Source of the DNA: Myxococcota bacterium
GTDB lineage: Bacteria > Myxococcota > XYA12-FULL-58-9 > JABJBS01
Reading direction: 5' to 3'
Length of the DNA stretch: 64,000 nucleotides
NCBI GenBank assembly: GCA_036339465.1
Contig: JAYZAY010000085.1
Coordinates: 1 to 64,000, forward strand
The translations under genes and the position numbers were made by a program. Shown piece by piece: positions 29,607 through 39,081 of the stretch (positions within the stretch are counted from its first letter, which is position 1; each line of letters opens with the position of its first letter). The notes under the pieces are model-generated. The model was not told where the DNA came from and ran no database searches. It saw only the letters and a list, made by a program, of their open reading frames with translations.

Positions 29607-30680
29607 ATGCTCCACAAAGTTTCAGAAGTTGTCATGCGCTATGAGGAGTTGACTCGTCAACTTTCAGATCCCGATGTTTTACGGGATCAAGAAAACTTTA
29701 AAAATGTTGCCAAGGAACATCGTGATTTAGAGAAAATCGTAGATGCTTATAAAGAGTATGAAGGCACGCTGAAACAAATTGAAGACAATCACTTCCTGAT
29801 CGATGAAGGGGAAGATCCCGAATTGGTCGAGATGGCAAAGGAAGAGCTTTCTGAATTGGGAGAAGCCAAGGAGAACTTGGAAGAGGTTATCACCCTATTG
29901 TTGCTTCCTAAAGATCCCAATGATTCCAAGAATGTCATTGTGGAGATCCGGGCAGGCACAGGTGGTGATGAAGCAGCACTCTTTGCGGGTGATCTCTTCA
30001 GGATGTATTCGCGTTTTGCTGAAAAAAGAAATTGGAGCATAGAAATTCTGTCGAAATCTGAGGGGTCCCAAGGGGGACTCAAAGAAATCATTGGCCTCGT
30101 GCAGGGAAGCGATGTCTTTTCGCATATGAAATACGAGTCTGGGGTTCATCGGGTCCAGAGGGTACCGGCAACCGAGTCTCAGGGACGCATTCATACTTCA
30201 GCCTGCACGGTCGCGGTTCTACCAGAGGCAGAAGAGGTTGAGGTGGATCTTAAGGAAACTGATTTGAGAATAGACGTTTATCGTTCTAGTGGTCCCGGTG
30301 GTCAGTCGGTGAATACCACAGACTCTGCCGTAAGAATCACCCATTTACCCACGGGACTGGTGGTGACATGCCAAGATGAGAAAAGTCAGCACAAAAACCG
30401 CGCCAAGGCCCTGAAGGTTTTGAGCTCTCGACTTTTAGATAAAATTCAGCAAGAAGAAGAGAGCAAGCGAGCTGCGGAGCGTAAGGGAATGGTTCGAACT
30501 GGGGACCGATCTGAAAAGATTCGAACGTATAATTTTCCCCAGGACAGAGTAACCGATCATCGAATTGGATTAACATTGCACAATCTGTCGGGTGTTATGC
30601 AGGGTGAGCTTGATGATGTCGTGGTTGCCCTGCAAACTCATTATCAAACAGAGCAACTGAAGGGGCTCGGGGAAAACTAA
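29607..30680 (+). CDS. prfA: Peptide chain release factor 1
   Basis: [22 protein letters not shown] (PxT), GGQ motif; followed by prmC. Confidence 0.97.
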   Translation: MLHKVSEVVMRYEELTRQLSDPDVLRDQENFKNVAKEHRDLEKIVDAYKEYEGTLKQIEDNHFLIDEGEDPELVEMAKEELSELGEAKENLEEVITLLLLPKDPNDSKNVIVEIRAGTGGDEAALFAGDLFRMYSRFAEKRNWSIEILSKSEGSQGGLKEIIGLVQGSDVFSHMKYESGVHRVQRVPATESQGRIHTSACTVAVLPEAEEVEVDLKETDLRIDVYRSSGPGGQSVNTTDSAVRITHLPTGLVVTCQDEKSQHKNRAKALKVLSSRLLDKIQQEEESKRAAERKGMVRTGDRSEKIRTYNFPQDRVTDHRIGLTLHNLSGVMQGELDDVVVALQTHYQTEQLKGLGEN

Positions 30681-30687
30681 TCTCTCG

Positions 30688-31557
30688 ATGCCATGGTCTA
30701 GAATTCAAAATATTACGGCAGGTCGTGAGTTTCTTTCTAGAACATTGGCCTCCGTAGAGCCGGATACCGCGACTCTGGAGGCGGATATCTTCTTAGAGCA
30801 TGTTGTTGGTTGCGATAGAACCTTTCTTTTAACCCACGGTGAGACGCTTCTCACTTCTGAGCAAAAGACGACTCTCGCCGCGTTTCTAGACCGGCGTTTA
30901 AAGCATGAGCCGGTGGCTTATATCATTGGAGAATGGGACTTTTACGGGCGGACATTCTATGTGGATCCGAATGTTTTGGTGCCACGCCCCGAAACAGAAC
31001 ACCTCGTCGATTTTGGGATAACAAGAGTTCGTGCCGCGCCGAAAAGAAGTGTGAAAGTTTTGGAAATGGGATTGGGCAGTGGTTGTGTCAGTATTACATT
31101 ACTTCTGGAATGTGCGTGGCTATGTGTAGATTCTTCAGAAATCTCAGATCAGGCTCTTGGGGTGGCGCGTAAGAATGCGCAGAAACATGGGGTTTTGGAG
31201 CGAATGCGAATCTTTAAGGGCGACTTGTTTGAGGCTTTAGAAGCAAACTCGAAATACGATTTGATCATCATGAATCCCCCCTATGTAGAAGAGTCTTACA
31301 AAGAACAAATGCAAAAAGACGTCTTGCATTTCGAGCCACATCAAGCACTATTCTCAGGTGAAGATGGCCTGGATCTTATTAGGCGACTTATTGAGCAAGC
31401 ACCAACTTGGTTGAATCAAGATGGTGTTTTGGCTTTCGAATTTGGATTCGGTCAGCGAAAAGCCCTAGAAGAGTTGGGCCACGAGCGAGGTCACGAACTT
31501 CATTTTATTCGGGATTTGCAGCATCATGACCGAATTTGTTGGATGACTTTTGCATGA
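30688..31557 (+). CDS. prmC: Release factor glutamine methyltransferase
   Basis: EPVAYIIG, VLVPRPETE, EMGLGSG, NPPY, FEP..ALFSGEDGL. Confidence 0.95.
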   Translation: MPWSRIQNITAGREFLSRTLASVEPDTATLEADIFLEHVVGCDRTFLLTHGETLLTSEQKTTLAAFLDRRLKHEPVAYIIGEWDFYGRTFYVDPNVLVPRPETEHLVDFGITRVRAAPKRSVKVLEMGLGSGCVSITLLLECAWLCVDSSEISDQALGVARKNAQKHGVLERMRIFKGDLFEALEANSKYDLIIMNPPYVEESYKEQMQKDVLHFEPHQALFSGEDGLDLIRRLIEQAPTWLNQDGVLAFEFGFGQRKALEELGHERGHELHFIRDLQHHDRICWMTFA

Positions 31558-32210
31558 GCAGCTCTCTTTCTTTTCTCGTGCTCACGATGATTGGCTTACC
31601 GGAATTGGTCAATCTTAAAGAGGTAGACCCTCGGGTTGAGCTGGATATTCGCTATGCGACCAAAGACAACTTCACCCACCAGCAACTCTATGAGGTGGCG
31701 AAGTGTTATTTGCGTCCAGTCGTTGCGAAAATGGTTCGAAAGTCCCAGGACTATTTGGAACGGACCGCCCCAGGAAAGAGATTATTGGTCAAAGATTGTT
31801 ACCGTCCCGTATCGGTACAAAAAAGAATGTGGAAGGTTGTGAGGGGAACACCGATGGCACGCTACGTGGCGAACCCGAATCGTGGTGGAGGTTCTGTCCA
31901 TAGCTTTGGTGCGGCTGTCGATGTTTCACTGATCGACGGAAATGGTCAAGAGCTTGATTTTGGGACCCCCTATGACCACCTGGATAAACTTTCACAACCA
32001 AGATTCGAAGTCGATTTCCTAAAGAAAGGAAAACTCAAACAATCTCAGCTTGATAATCGTCGGCTTTTGCGCGCTGCCATGTGTGAGGGAGGGGGATTTA
32101 GGATGATTTCTAATGAATGGTGGCATTTCGATGCTTTTCGCGGGCGAGCTCTTCGCAAAAAATACATGCCATTGGACATTTCTTTCTCAGTTTTAGGTCG
32201 TCGTAAATAG
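31536..32210 (+). CDS. D-alanyl-D-alanine dipeptidase (M15D, VanX/DdpX family)
   Basis: DIRYATKDNF, DCYRP, SVHSFGAAVD (SxHxxGxAxD), EWWHF. Start probably ATG 31554. Confidence 0.9.
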   Translation: MLDDFCMSSSLSFLVLTMIGLPELVNLKEVDPRVELDIRYATKDNFTHQQLYEVAKCYLRPVVAKMVRKSQDYLERTAPGKRLLVKDCYRPVSVQKRMWKVVRGTPMARYVANPNRGGGSVHSFGAAVDVSLIDGNGQELDFGTPYDHLDKLSQPRFEVDFLKKGKLKQSQLDNRRLLRAAMCEGGGFRMISNEWWHFDAFRGRALRKKYMPLDISFSVLGRRK

Positions 32211-32241
32211 GGGCCTAATAGGATCTTGCTTCTGTCCTTGT

Positions 32242-33654
32242 ATGCCCCTTACAATTAACTCAACTGGCTATTTCTACGACCCTTCTTTGGAGAGGCTAGG
32301 TTGGGGATTTTCGACGATGCCGGATTCCTATGGAAAGATAGCCCGGCTCTTTGAGCCGGGCGCAGAGGGGACTCTCCAAGCCTACCTCCAGCTTCTTCAC
32401 CCGGTTGACTTGGCCGAACTATTCCGCTTCGTTGATCGGCAAAAATGGCCGGCCATTATTGAGGCTCTGAGTCCAGAACGATTCGCCGACGCTCTTTCCC
32501 ATCTGGATGAGGGTATTGTTGAGGAACTGGGTCTTTTCGTTGCTCCTACGGTACTTGCTGAAGCGATTGAAGAATTAGAAACCGATGATGCCGCCGACAT
32601 CCTTGGGGAATTACCCGAAGCGAAAGCTGAGCAGGTACTAGCGAACCTAGATGCTGAAGACAGAGATGATATCACGATTCTACTTGCCTATCCGCAAGAC
32701 AGTGCGGGTGGGATTATGCAAACAGAGTTTTGCGGCGTTCGTGATGGCTTGTATGTGACGGATGCGATTGATTCCGTGAGAGAGGCACGAGAGAAAATAA
32801 AGGATATCCACGAGGTTTATTTGGTCGATAGTGATGGTCGACTTAAGGGGGCGGTGCGCTTGGTGGATTTGGTGTTAAGTGATGGGGAAACCGCATTGGG
32901 AGAGATCAGTCATCCTGTTGATCAACAGGTTCCCGTGGATATGGATCAGGAAGAAGTTGCTCGTCTTTTTGGAAAATACGATTTAGCATCCATTCCCGTC
33001 GTGAATCAAACCGAGGTGATGGTGGGTCGGATTACTTTTGATGATATTCACGATGTTGTCTTAGAAGAAGCCACTGAAGATGTCATGGCGATGGCGGGTG
33101 CTTCAGGGGAAGAGCTTGTCTATGGGAATGATTTTCTTCGGATTGCTCTTTTTCGTCTTCCTTGGTTGATTTCCAGCTTATTCGGTTCGTTGATAACGAC
33201 CTTATTGGTTCCTCTTTTTACGAAGATTCCCGGAGACACTATTATTTTGGCTTCCTTTGTTCCGGTCGTCATGGCGATGACGGGGAATGTCGGTTCCCAA
33301 ACTGCGATGATTATTACCCGAGGTTTTGCAATCAACAAGGTTTCTCTTGTGGATCTTTGGCGCAATATCAGACGTGAGATGACTGTCGGGCTTATTATGG
33401 GAATTGCTGCGGGGAGTTTGGTGGGGATTTTTTCCTTGTGGACCCATGGTAGTCAACTTTTAGGATACGCTCTTTCGGCTTCTATGATTTCTTCGATGTG
33501 TATTGCTGCCGGGGTTGGAGTGATGGCACCTGCTCTCTTTAAGAAGATCGGCATAGATCCAGCGATCGCTGCGGGGCCTCTCGTTACGACGGGGTGCGAT
33601 GTTTTGGGGGTGGGGATTTATTTAGGGGTCGCCATTATGGTTATTACTCAATAA
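32242..33654 (+). CDS. mgtE: Magnesium transporter
   Basis: LHPVDLAE N-domain, DSAGGIM, CBS pair, RLPWL, GNVGSQ, IDPAIAAGPLVTT..D. Start may be ATG 32317. Confidence 0.95.
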   Translation: MPLTINSTGYFYDPSLERLGWGFSTMPDSYGKIARLFEPGAEGTLQAYLQLLHPVDLAELFRFVDRQKWPAIIEALSPERFADALSHLDEGIVEELGLFVAPTVLAEAIEELETDDAADILGELPEAKAEQVLANLDAEDRDDITILLAYPQDSAGGIMQTEFCGVRDGLYVTDAIDSVREAREKIKDIHEVYLVDSDGRLKGAVRLVDLVLSDGETALGEISHPVDQQVPVDMDQEEVARLFGKYDLASIPVVNQTEVMVGRITFDDIHDVVLEEATEDVMAMAGASGEELVYGNDFLRIALFRLPWLISSLFGSLITTLLVPLFTKIPGDTIILASFVPVVMAMTGNVGSQTAMIITRGFAINKVSLVDLWRNIRREMTVGLIMGIAAGSLVGIFSLWTHGSQLLGYALSASMISSMCIAAGVGVMAPALFKKIGIDPAIAAGPLVTTGCDVLGVGIYLGVAIMVITQ

Positions 33655-33656
33655 CT

Positions 33657-33810
33657 CTATTGTTCGATGCTCGATTGTTTCAATGGTTCAATTGCGGCAG
33701 CTCCACCGTGTTTCCTTAGCAAACTTCGACCCGCATCCATTCCAACTCCCCGACCGGAAAAATCTATTATTTTTTCTGTTAATGAAGTAAATTCACGCCG
33801 CAAAACATTT
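33657..33810 (-). pseudogene. Remnant of a cheA-type histidine kinase ATPase domain
   Basis: Minus-strand translation NVLRREFTSLTEKIIDFSGRGVGMDAGRSLLRKHGGAAAIE matches the CheA G2-box region (GFSTxExVTDxSGRGVGMDVV...LGG). Confidence 0.75.
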
Positions 33811-33846
33811 CTACGTGAAGTTTTCTCCAAGTTGCAAGAATCTCAT

Positions 33847-34177
33847 CTATTCGTTGGGTTTAACGAACCAAATCTGTGCGCCGATCTCCTCATCTTTTCC
33901 GTTAGAATCTCGCAACGATTCTGTGGTTAAAATAAAAGTAGGTGTGTCCTTACTCGTCTCTGTATTACAGGACCAGGGCAATGAATTTAATACCATTGAT
34001 GTTGGGCATATTGATATCTGTAATGGGCAGATCATATCGTTTCTCTTTTGCTACTTTTTTTGGGGCTTTAACACCGTCCTTCGCCGTTTCCACTTCAAAG
34101 CCAGCGCCTCCCAATAGCTCGTTCAATCAGTTCCGTATCTGAGAGCAATCATCGCGGATTAGAATTTCCTTACCTAT
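33847..34177 (-). pseudogene. Degraded cheY-like response regulator
   Basis: GGAG SD then ATA in place of ATG. Reads IGKEILIRDDCSQIRN*LNELL...TAKDGVKA...ITDINMPNINGIKFI, then frameshifts to PTFILTTES...GAQIWFVKP. Confidence 0.8.
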
Positions 34178-34709
34178 CTTGATCGCTCCAAACCTTGAAT
34201 TAGTTCGTGCATAGAGAATAAGTTCCACATGACCGTCCCACGGGTTTCAAGGGGACCACTGCTCTAAGAAGTCTGTGGGGGAACTGGACTCGATGGCAAA
34301 CCGCTTGCACGAGCTATTGCGTGTGACTGGATTGGGTTGTGTGAAGAAGTCGAAGCGGATGAAAAAAGACGAAGATTTATAGGGCTTGCCGAGGCATCAG
34401 ACTTGCTAAGCTAGGCTGAGCCCAGAATGCTTGGTGGGGAAGATACGTCAAACCAGTGGCGCATATTTGTTGGTGACAGCGCTCCCCGGTGGTTGGCATT
34501 AGAAGGGTCGCCACGAGGAGAAGACGACCTATTGGCTCAGAGCCGAGTAGCATCCAATGGGACGATATTGAGATGTTTCTATGAGCGCTTTGCATAGGTA
34601 GCAACGGTTACTCGGTATTCTTAAGTAAACCCTCGGTGTCTTTTCGTTTCGCCTAGAAAGTGGGTAAGAGTAAGTTGGTCAATGTTTTTATCTATGTTAG
34701 AAGTACGCC

Positions 34710-35735
34710 ATGACGAAGGTAAAATTAACAGAGCTTGTTTCGTCCGCAGGTTGAGCGGCTAAGCTCAGCCCAACGGTGTTGGGACAAGTATTATCAGGGT
34801 TGCCGATTCCCTCTGATGCTCGGATACTCACAAAGTTTGATCAGGCCGAGGATGCAGCGGTGTATCAAATCTCCGAAGAGCGGGCTCTGGTGAGCACTAT
34901 GGATGTGATCACTCCCCTGGTTGATGATCCGCTTTCGTTTGGCCGGATTGCGGCGTCAAATTCAATTTCCGACGTATTTGCCATGGGGGCGAGGCCCCTG
35001 CTTAGTTTGAGTTTTCTAGCAACGCCAAAGGGAATGGAACCTTTGATTGCACGGGATATTTTGGCAGGTGGGGGAGAATTGGCCCTTAGCGTCGGCTCGC
35101 CTATTTTGGGCGGACACAGTGTAGAAACCGAGGAATTACTCTTTGGGCTCGCGGTGATTGGGGAGGTGCATCCCAAAGAACTTTGGACAAACGATAAATT
35201 ACGACCAGGTTTAGAGCTGATCCTGACGAAGCCCTTGGGCACCGGCACATTGACCACCATGCTTAAACGGACCGGCCAGGATGTGTCTCTGATTGCGGAA
35301 GCAATTGAGGGCATGGAGCAGACCCATGCTGAAGTGCTACCCACCCTGCGTAAATTTGGCGCCATAACCGCCACTGATGTAACCGGTTTCGGGTTTTTGG
35401 GGCACGCTGCTGAAATGGCGCATGCCTCCGGGGTGGGACTTGAGATTTGTGTTTCAGACCTGCCAGAATACGCTGGCGCTAAGAGGAGTTTGGATGACGG
35501 GTTTGTGACCCGAGGTAACGAGAGAAACCTTACCTATGTGGAGTCGATGGTGGGGGCTATTGAAGGAGAAGTCGATCCCCTACTTTTGGATCCACAAACA
35601 GCGGGTGGACTTTTGGTGGCAATAACGCCCGAAAGTCTAGCGCCTTGCTTAAACGAGCTTCGTGGTAAGGGATTCACAAAGATTGCCCGCGTCGGACGGG
35701 TTCGCCAAGGAGCGGGAATTACGCTTCTTTCATGA
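34710..35735 (+). CDS. selD: Selenide, water dikinase; selenocysteine at codon 15 (TGA 34752-34754)
   Basis: MTKVKLTELVSSAG-U-AAKLSP is in frame with the listed ORF 34776..35735 (EDAAVY, SNSISDVFAMG, GGHS, LTKPLGTG, TDVTGFG..GH, DPQTAGGLL). Confidence 0.93.
34769..34783 (+). promoter_or_regulatory. Bacterial SECIS-like hairpin
   Basis: CCCAAC-GGT-GTTGGG perfect stem with a small G-containing loop about 20 nt after the in-frame UGA. Confidence 0.7.
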
Positions 35736-36805
35736 TCGCCGCGCAGGTTTTGGAGTATGGTTTGGGAAACAACGACGTAAACCCCGGTCAACACCTACTA
35801 AGGAACTGGGGCGCCGAAAGGTACGTAATTCAGAAAATTACTTCAGGGCATATCAATTGTACCTTCCTACTGACAGGCCCTCACGATTCGATGATCCTTC
35901 AGAGGGTACATCCTGTGTTTGGTGAGGAAGTTCACCAGGATATCTATCATTTAAGCCGGATTCTTCGGCAGGCAGGCATTAGGTGTCCAGAAATAATCAA
36001 AACGATGGAGGGAACACTTTTTGTTCGGGATGATGAGGGTGCTATTTGGCGAGCACTCACCCACCTTTCAGGGGAGACTCTCACTCAATTAGAGTCTCCG
36101 ACTACAGCAAGGGAGGCCGGTGCCTTATTGGGACGATTTCATGCTGCTTTATGGGATACAGACTATGAGCTTAAGCATTGTCGCCCTGGTGTTCATGATA
36201 CTCCGCGCCACGTTAATAAGTTAGTCAATGTCTTGGCATCCAGCCAGAGCCACCCATTTTACCCTCGGGTTGACGCATTGGCTACCCGGGTCCAGGCTCA
36301 CCTAGCCAATCTTGATTCTATTCAGGGCTTGCCCAGCCGTTTTGTTCACGGCGATCCGAAGATTACGAATTTTCTTTTTGATAAAAAGGGTCGTGCGTCT
36401 GCAATGATAGATCTAGATACCATGGGAAAAATGCCCCTTGTTGCCGAGTTGGGGGATACATTTCGCTCCTGGTGTAACTTGGCCCATGAAGACTCCGTGG
36501 GTGCGAACTTCTCGATGGTGCATTTTAGAGAAGGGATGTACGGTTATTGTTCTCAAATGTCGGAACACATGACATCGAGCGAGCTGAATTTAATTTACGA
36601 TGGCATTCTCACAATCACCCTCGAACTTACAGTTCGTTTCCTCACCGATACTTTAGAGGAGTCCTATTTTGCTTGGGACAGCGTTCAATACCGGCGTTCA
36701 TCGGAGCATCAGTGGTACCGCGCACAGGGGCAACACGCCCTGGCCCTCTCCATTATGAGCCATGAGCGGAGTCTCAAGGAAATTGTCGGTCATTTTCAAT
36801 CATAG
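35732..36805 (+). CDS. Aminoglycoside phosphotransferase-fold kinase (N-acetylhexosamine 1-kinase-like)
   Basis: GHINCTF, ILQRV, FHAAL, HDTP, HGDPKITN (Brenner motif), IDLDT, EL.VRFLTD. Confidence 0.82.
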   Translation: MIAAQVLEYGLGNNDVNPGQHLLRNWGAERYVIQKITSGHINCTFLLTGPHDSMILQRVHPVFGEEVHQDIYHLSRILRQAGIRCPEIIKTMEGTLFVRDDEGAIWRALTHLSGETLTQLESPTTAREAGALLGRFHAALWDTDYELKHCRPGVHDTPRHVNKLVNVLASSQSHPFYPRVDALATRVQAHLANLDSIQGLPSRFVHGDPKITNFLFDKKGRASAMIDLDTMGKMPLVAELGDTFRSWCNLAHEDSVGANFSMVHFREGMYGYCSQMSEHMTSSELNLIYDGILTITLELTVRFLTDTLEESYFAWDSVQYRRSSEHQWYRAQGQHALALSIMSHERSLKEIVGHFQS

Positions 36806-37980
36806 ATGAGCGCAGCTTCTCTTCCTCTTTGATATTGGTTGGTGCCCTGCTGAGCCAGTTGATAGATCACTTCGAAACTCCCGCCCCGATCAATTTCTTC
36901 TCGAACCTGTTGAATACCCGTAAGAAGATCTATGGCAGGGACGTCATTCCTGAATTCGTATGTTTCTGTCCGCCATTGAAAACTTTCCGGATAGAGCGTC
37001 TTGGCCGCCCACAGAACAGCTAGGCCAGTTTCGTAGGAGCTGAATTTCTCTCGATTTGTAACGTGTAGTTGAAGCCCCCCGCAGGATTTATGGGCATGTT
37101 TTTGGAAAGTAGGTTCAAACACAACCGGCCGAAATACGACCCCCGGTAGGTCGAGTGTGGTGAGCTTTTCGGCGAGGTGGTAGCCATTGATAAAGGGGGC
37201 TCCGAAGAGTTCAAAGGGTTTCGTTGTTCCTCGTCCTTCCGATAGATTGGTGCCTTCAAGTAGACACATTCCAGGATAAACCACCGCAGTATCGATGGTG
37301 GGCATATTTGGGGATGGCATAACCCATGGGAGTAGGGTTTCTTCAAAATAATGCTCACGACTCCATCCTTCACAAGGGATTATTTCCAATTCACAATCTA
37401 AAGCAAATGAATCACGATACAGGTTGGCCAATTCCCCAACCGTCATCCCATGTCTTTGGGGGATGGGGTAGAGAGCACAAAAATTTTCCAGTCCTGGCTC
37501 GAGTCCGCCCCCTTCAACTTTCATTCCGCCTATGGGATTAGGGCGATCCAAGACAAGCAAGCGGATGCCAAGCTCTCCCGCCTTTTGCATGGCTAAGGCC
37601 ATGGTAGCCCCATAGGTATAATAGCGGGCACCCACGTCTTGAATATCGAATACCAAAGCGTCTACATTTTCAAGATCCTTGGAAGTGGGGCTCAAGGATT
37701 CAAATGTTGGGCCGTATAAACTAATGACCGGCAATCCTGTTTGGGGATCGTTATTGCCGTCGACCGTAACCATATCTTGTGCAGCTCCTCGAATGCCATG
37801 CTCGGGGCCAAAGAGGGTGGTTAGGTTAATTTCTGAGCTTGAAAGGAAGGCATCGGCTGCGTGGACATAATTGGAGGTGAGTGTGGTCGGATTTGCGATG
37901 AGCCCGACCCGTGTGGTTGAGTTGATGTACTGAGTGGGATTATTCAAGAAGATGTCTAAACCTAAGTGCATATTTCTCAT
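36796..37980 (-). CDS. Exo-beta-N-acetylmuramidase NamZ family (DUF1343)
   Basis: GPEHG, SLYG, FDIQDVGARYYTY, VLDRPNP, RHGMTVGELA, PSPNMP, SEGRGTTKPFE. Confidence 0.92.
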   Translation of the reverse strand: MRNMHLGLDIFLNNPTQYINSTTRVGLIANPTTLTSNYVHAADAFLSSSEINLTTLFGPEHGIRGAAQDMVTVDGNNDPQTGLPVISLYGPTFESLSPTSKDLENVDALVFDIQDVGARYYTYGATMALAMQKAGELGIRLLVLDRPNPIGGMKVEGGGLEPGLENFCALYPIPQRHGMTVGELANLYRDSFALDCELEIIPCEGWSREHYFEETLLPWVMPSPNMPTIDTAVVYPGMCLLEGTNLSEGRGTTKPFELFGAPFINGYHLAEKLTTLDLPGVVFRPVVFEPTFQKHAHKSCGGLQLHVTNREKFSSYETGLAVLWAAKTLYPESFQWRTETYEFRNDVPAIDLLTGIQQVREEIDRGGSFEVIYQLAQQGTNQYQRGREAALIYD

Positions 37981-38071
37981 CTTTCACACTATTGGCATGA
38001 TTTCTAGTTGGCTGAGTGGTCTCTTGCGGTAGAGAATAACGGTAGGCTATGGTAGCTGCGCCCTAGGAGAG

Positions 38072-39016
38072 ATGAATTTGAAAGACCGTCGTTCGCCGAA
38101 GCGGAGGAAACCAGCGTCCAAGGAGGGCAAAGAAGGTCGTGTTGTGGAAACAGTGGGTCGGCGTGTACGGGTTAGAGACCAGGTTGGTGATCGAATTTGT
38201 TTCTTGTCTGGTCATCGGGCCGTTATCAATGACCGTGTTTGGTGGACTGATGCTCCGGGTACCGGAGGAAAAATAACGGGGGTTATTGAACGAGAGAATC
38301 TTCTTCGCCGCCTTGACGTGAACGGAAGGGAGCGCCTTTTAGCTTCTAATTTGGCGGGAATGGTTGTTGTGGTTACACCCAAGCGGCCGGATTTTAACGG
38401 TGCTCTCATCGATCGCTACCTTGTGGCAGCCAGTATGTGTGGCATTCCAGCCGTGATTTGCTTGAACAAAGTCGATTTAGAGATTGGCCCTGGCGTCGCA
38501 GAAGACCTACGGAGTCGTAGCGAACAAGGGTTTACGGTCCTACATACGAGTACGAAAACCCAAGAAGGTTTGGATGCGCTCAAAACCTTCTTGAGTGAAG
38601 AATCTAAACCGGGGCATCCTTTTGTTCTGGTCGGCTTGTCGGGTGTGGGAAAAACGTCCCTCGTTTCCGCACTATTACCGGAACAAGATGTCGGACCAGT
38701 GGGTGAACTTTCTGAGCATTGGGAACAGGGTAGACATACGACCACACATTCGAGAATTTTCGAGTTGTCCGATGGTGGGGAACTCTGTGACTCTCCGGGG
38801 ATTAGAACTTTTTCACCCAGTGGGCTCTCGCCCGCCGATGTAAAGCAGCATTTTCCAGGTATGGGTGAACTTTGTTGCCAATTTCGCGATTGCTTGCATC
38901 AAGTGGGGCAACTAGGCTGTGAGGCTGACAAAGTAATTAGGCCCAGTACGCTTTCGGCCTACCGGCGACTTTTGGATTTTGTTACCAGCCACGATCGCCG
39001 AGTCACCCGGTCCTAG
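38072..39016 (+). CDS. rsgA: Small ribosomal subunit biogenesis GTPase
   Basis: Circularly permuted GTPase (NKVD, GLSGVGKTS, GRHTTT, DSPG) with CQFRDCLH...GC zinc site. Confidence 0.93.
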   Translation: MNLKDRRSPKRRKPASKEGKEGRVVETVGRRVRVRDQVGDRICFLSGHRAVINDRVWWTDAPGTGGKITGVIERENLLRRLDVNGRERLLASNLAGMVVVVTPKRPDFNGALIDRYLVAASMCGIPAVICLNKVDLEIGPGVAEDLRSRSEQGFTVLHTSTKTQEGLDALKTFLSEESKPGHPFVLVGLSGVGKTSLVSALLPEQDVGPVGELSEHWEQGRHTTTHSRIFELSDGGELCDSPGIRTFSPSGLSPADVKQHFPGMGELCCQFRDCLHQVGQLGCEADKVIRPSTLSAYRRLLDFVTSHDRRVTRS

Positions 39017-39081
39017 GGGCGAAAACCTTCGAGGCTTTGAATGTTTGGGAGGCCATGCTGTTGTTTGGCTACTGCCGAATT

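Noticed and set aside
29458..29652. 64-aa ORF upstream of prfA (expected rpmE position) and a leader hairpin at 29571-29592
   Set aside because: No L31 motifs, no SD, and it overlaps the prfA start out of frame; the hairpin alone is not enough to claim regulation.
31536..32210. VanX-like gene as vancomycin resistance
   Set aside because: No vanH/vanA/vanRS nearby; the dipeptidase family is widespread in cell-wall turnover.
34127..34129. In-frame TGA in the cheY remnant as a second selenocysteine codon
   Set aside because: It is not a Cys position in CheY, and the frame also has a lost start codon, a frameshift and further stops, which indicates decay.
35732..36805. APH-fold protein as an aminoglycoside resistance gene
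   Set aside because: Its motifs fit the broad sugar-kinase-like branch, in a core-genome context.
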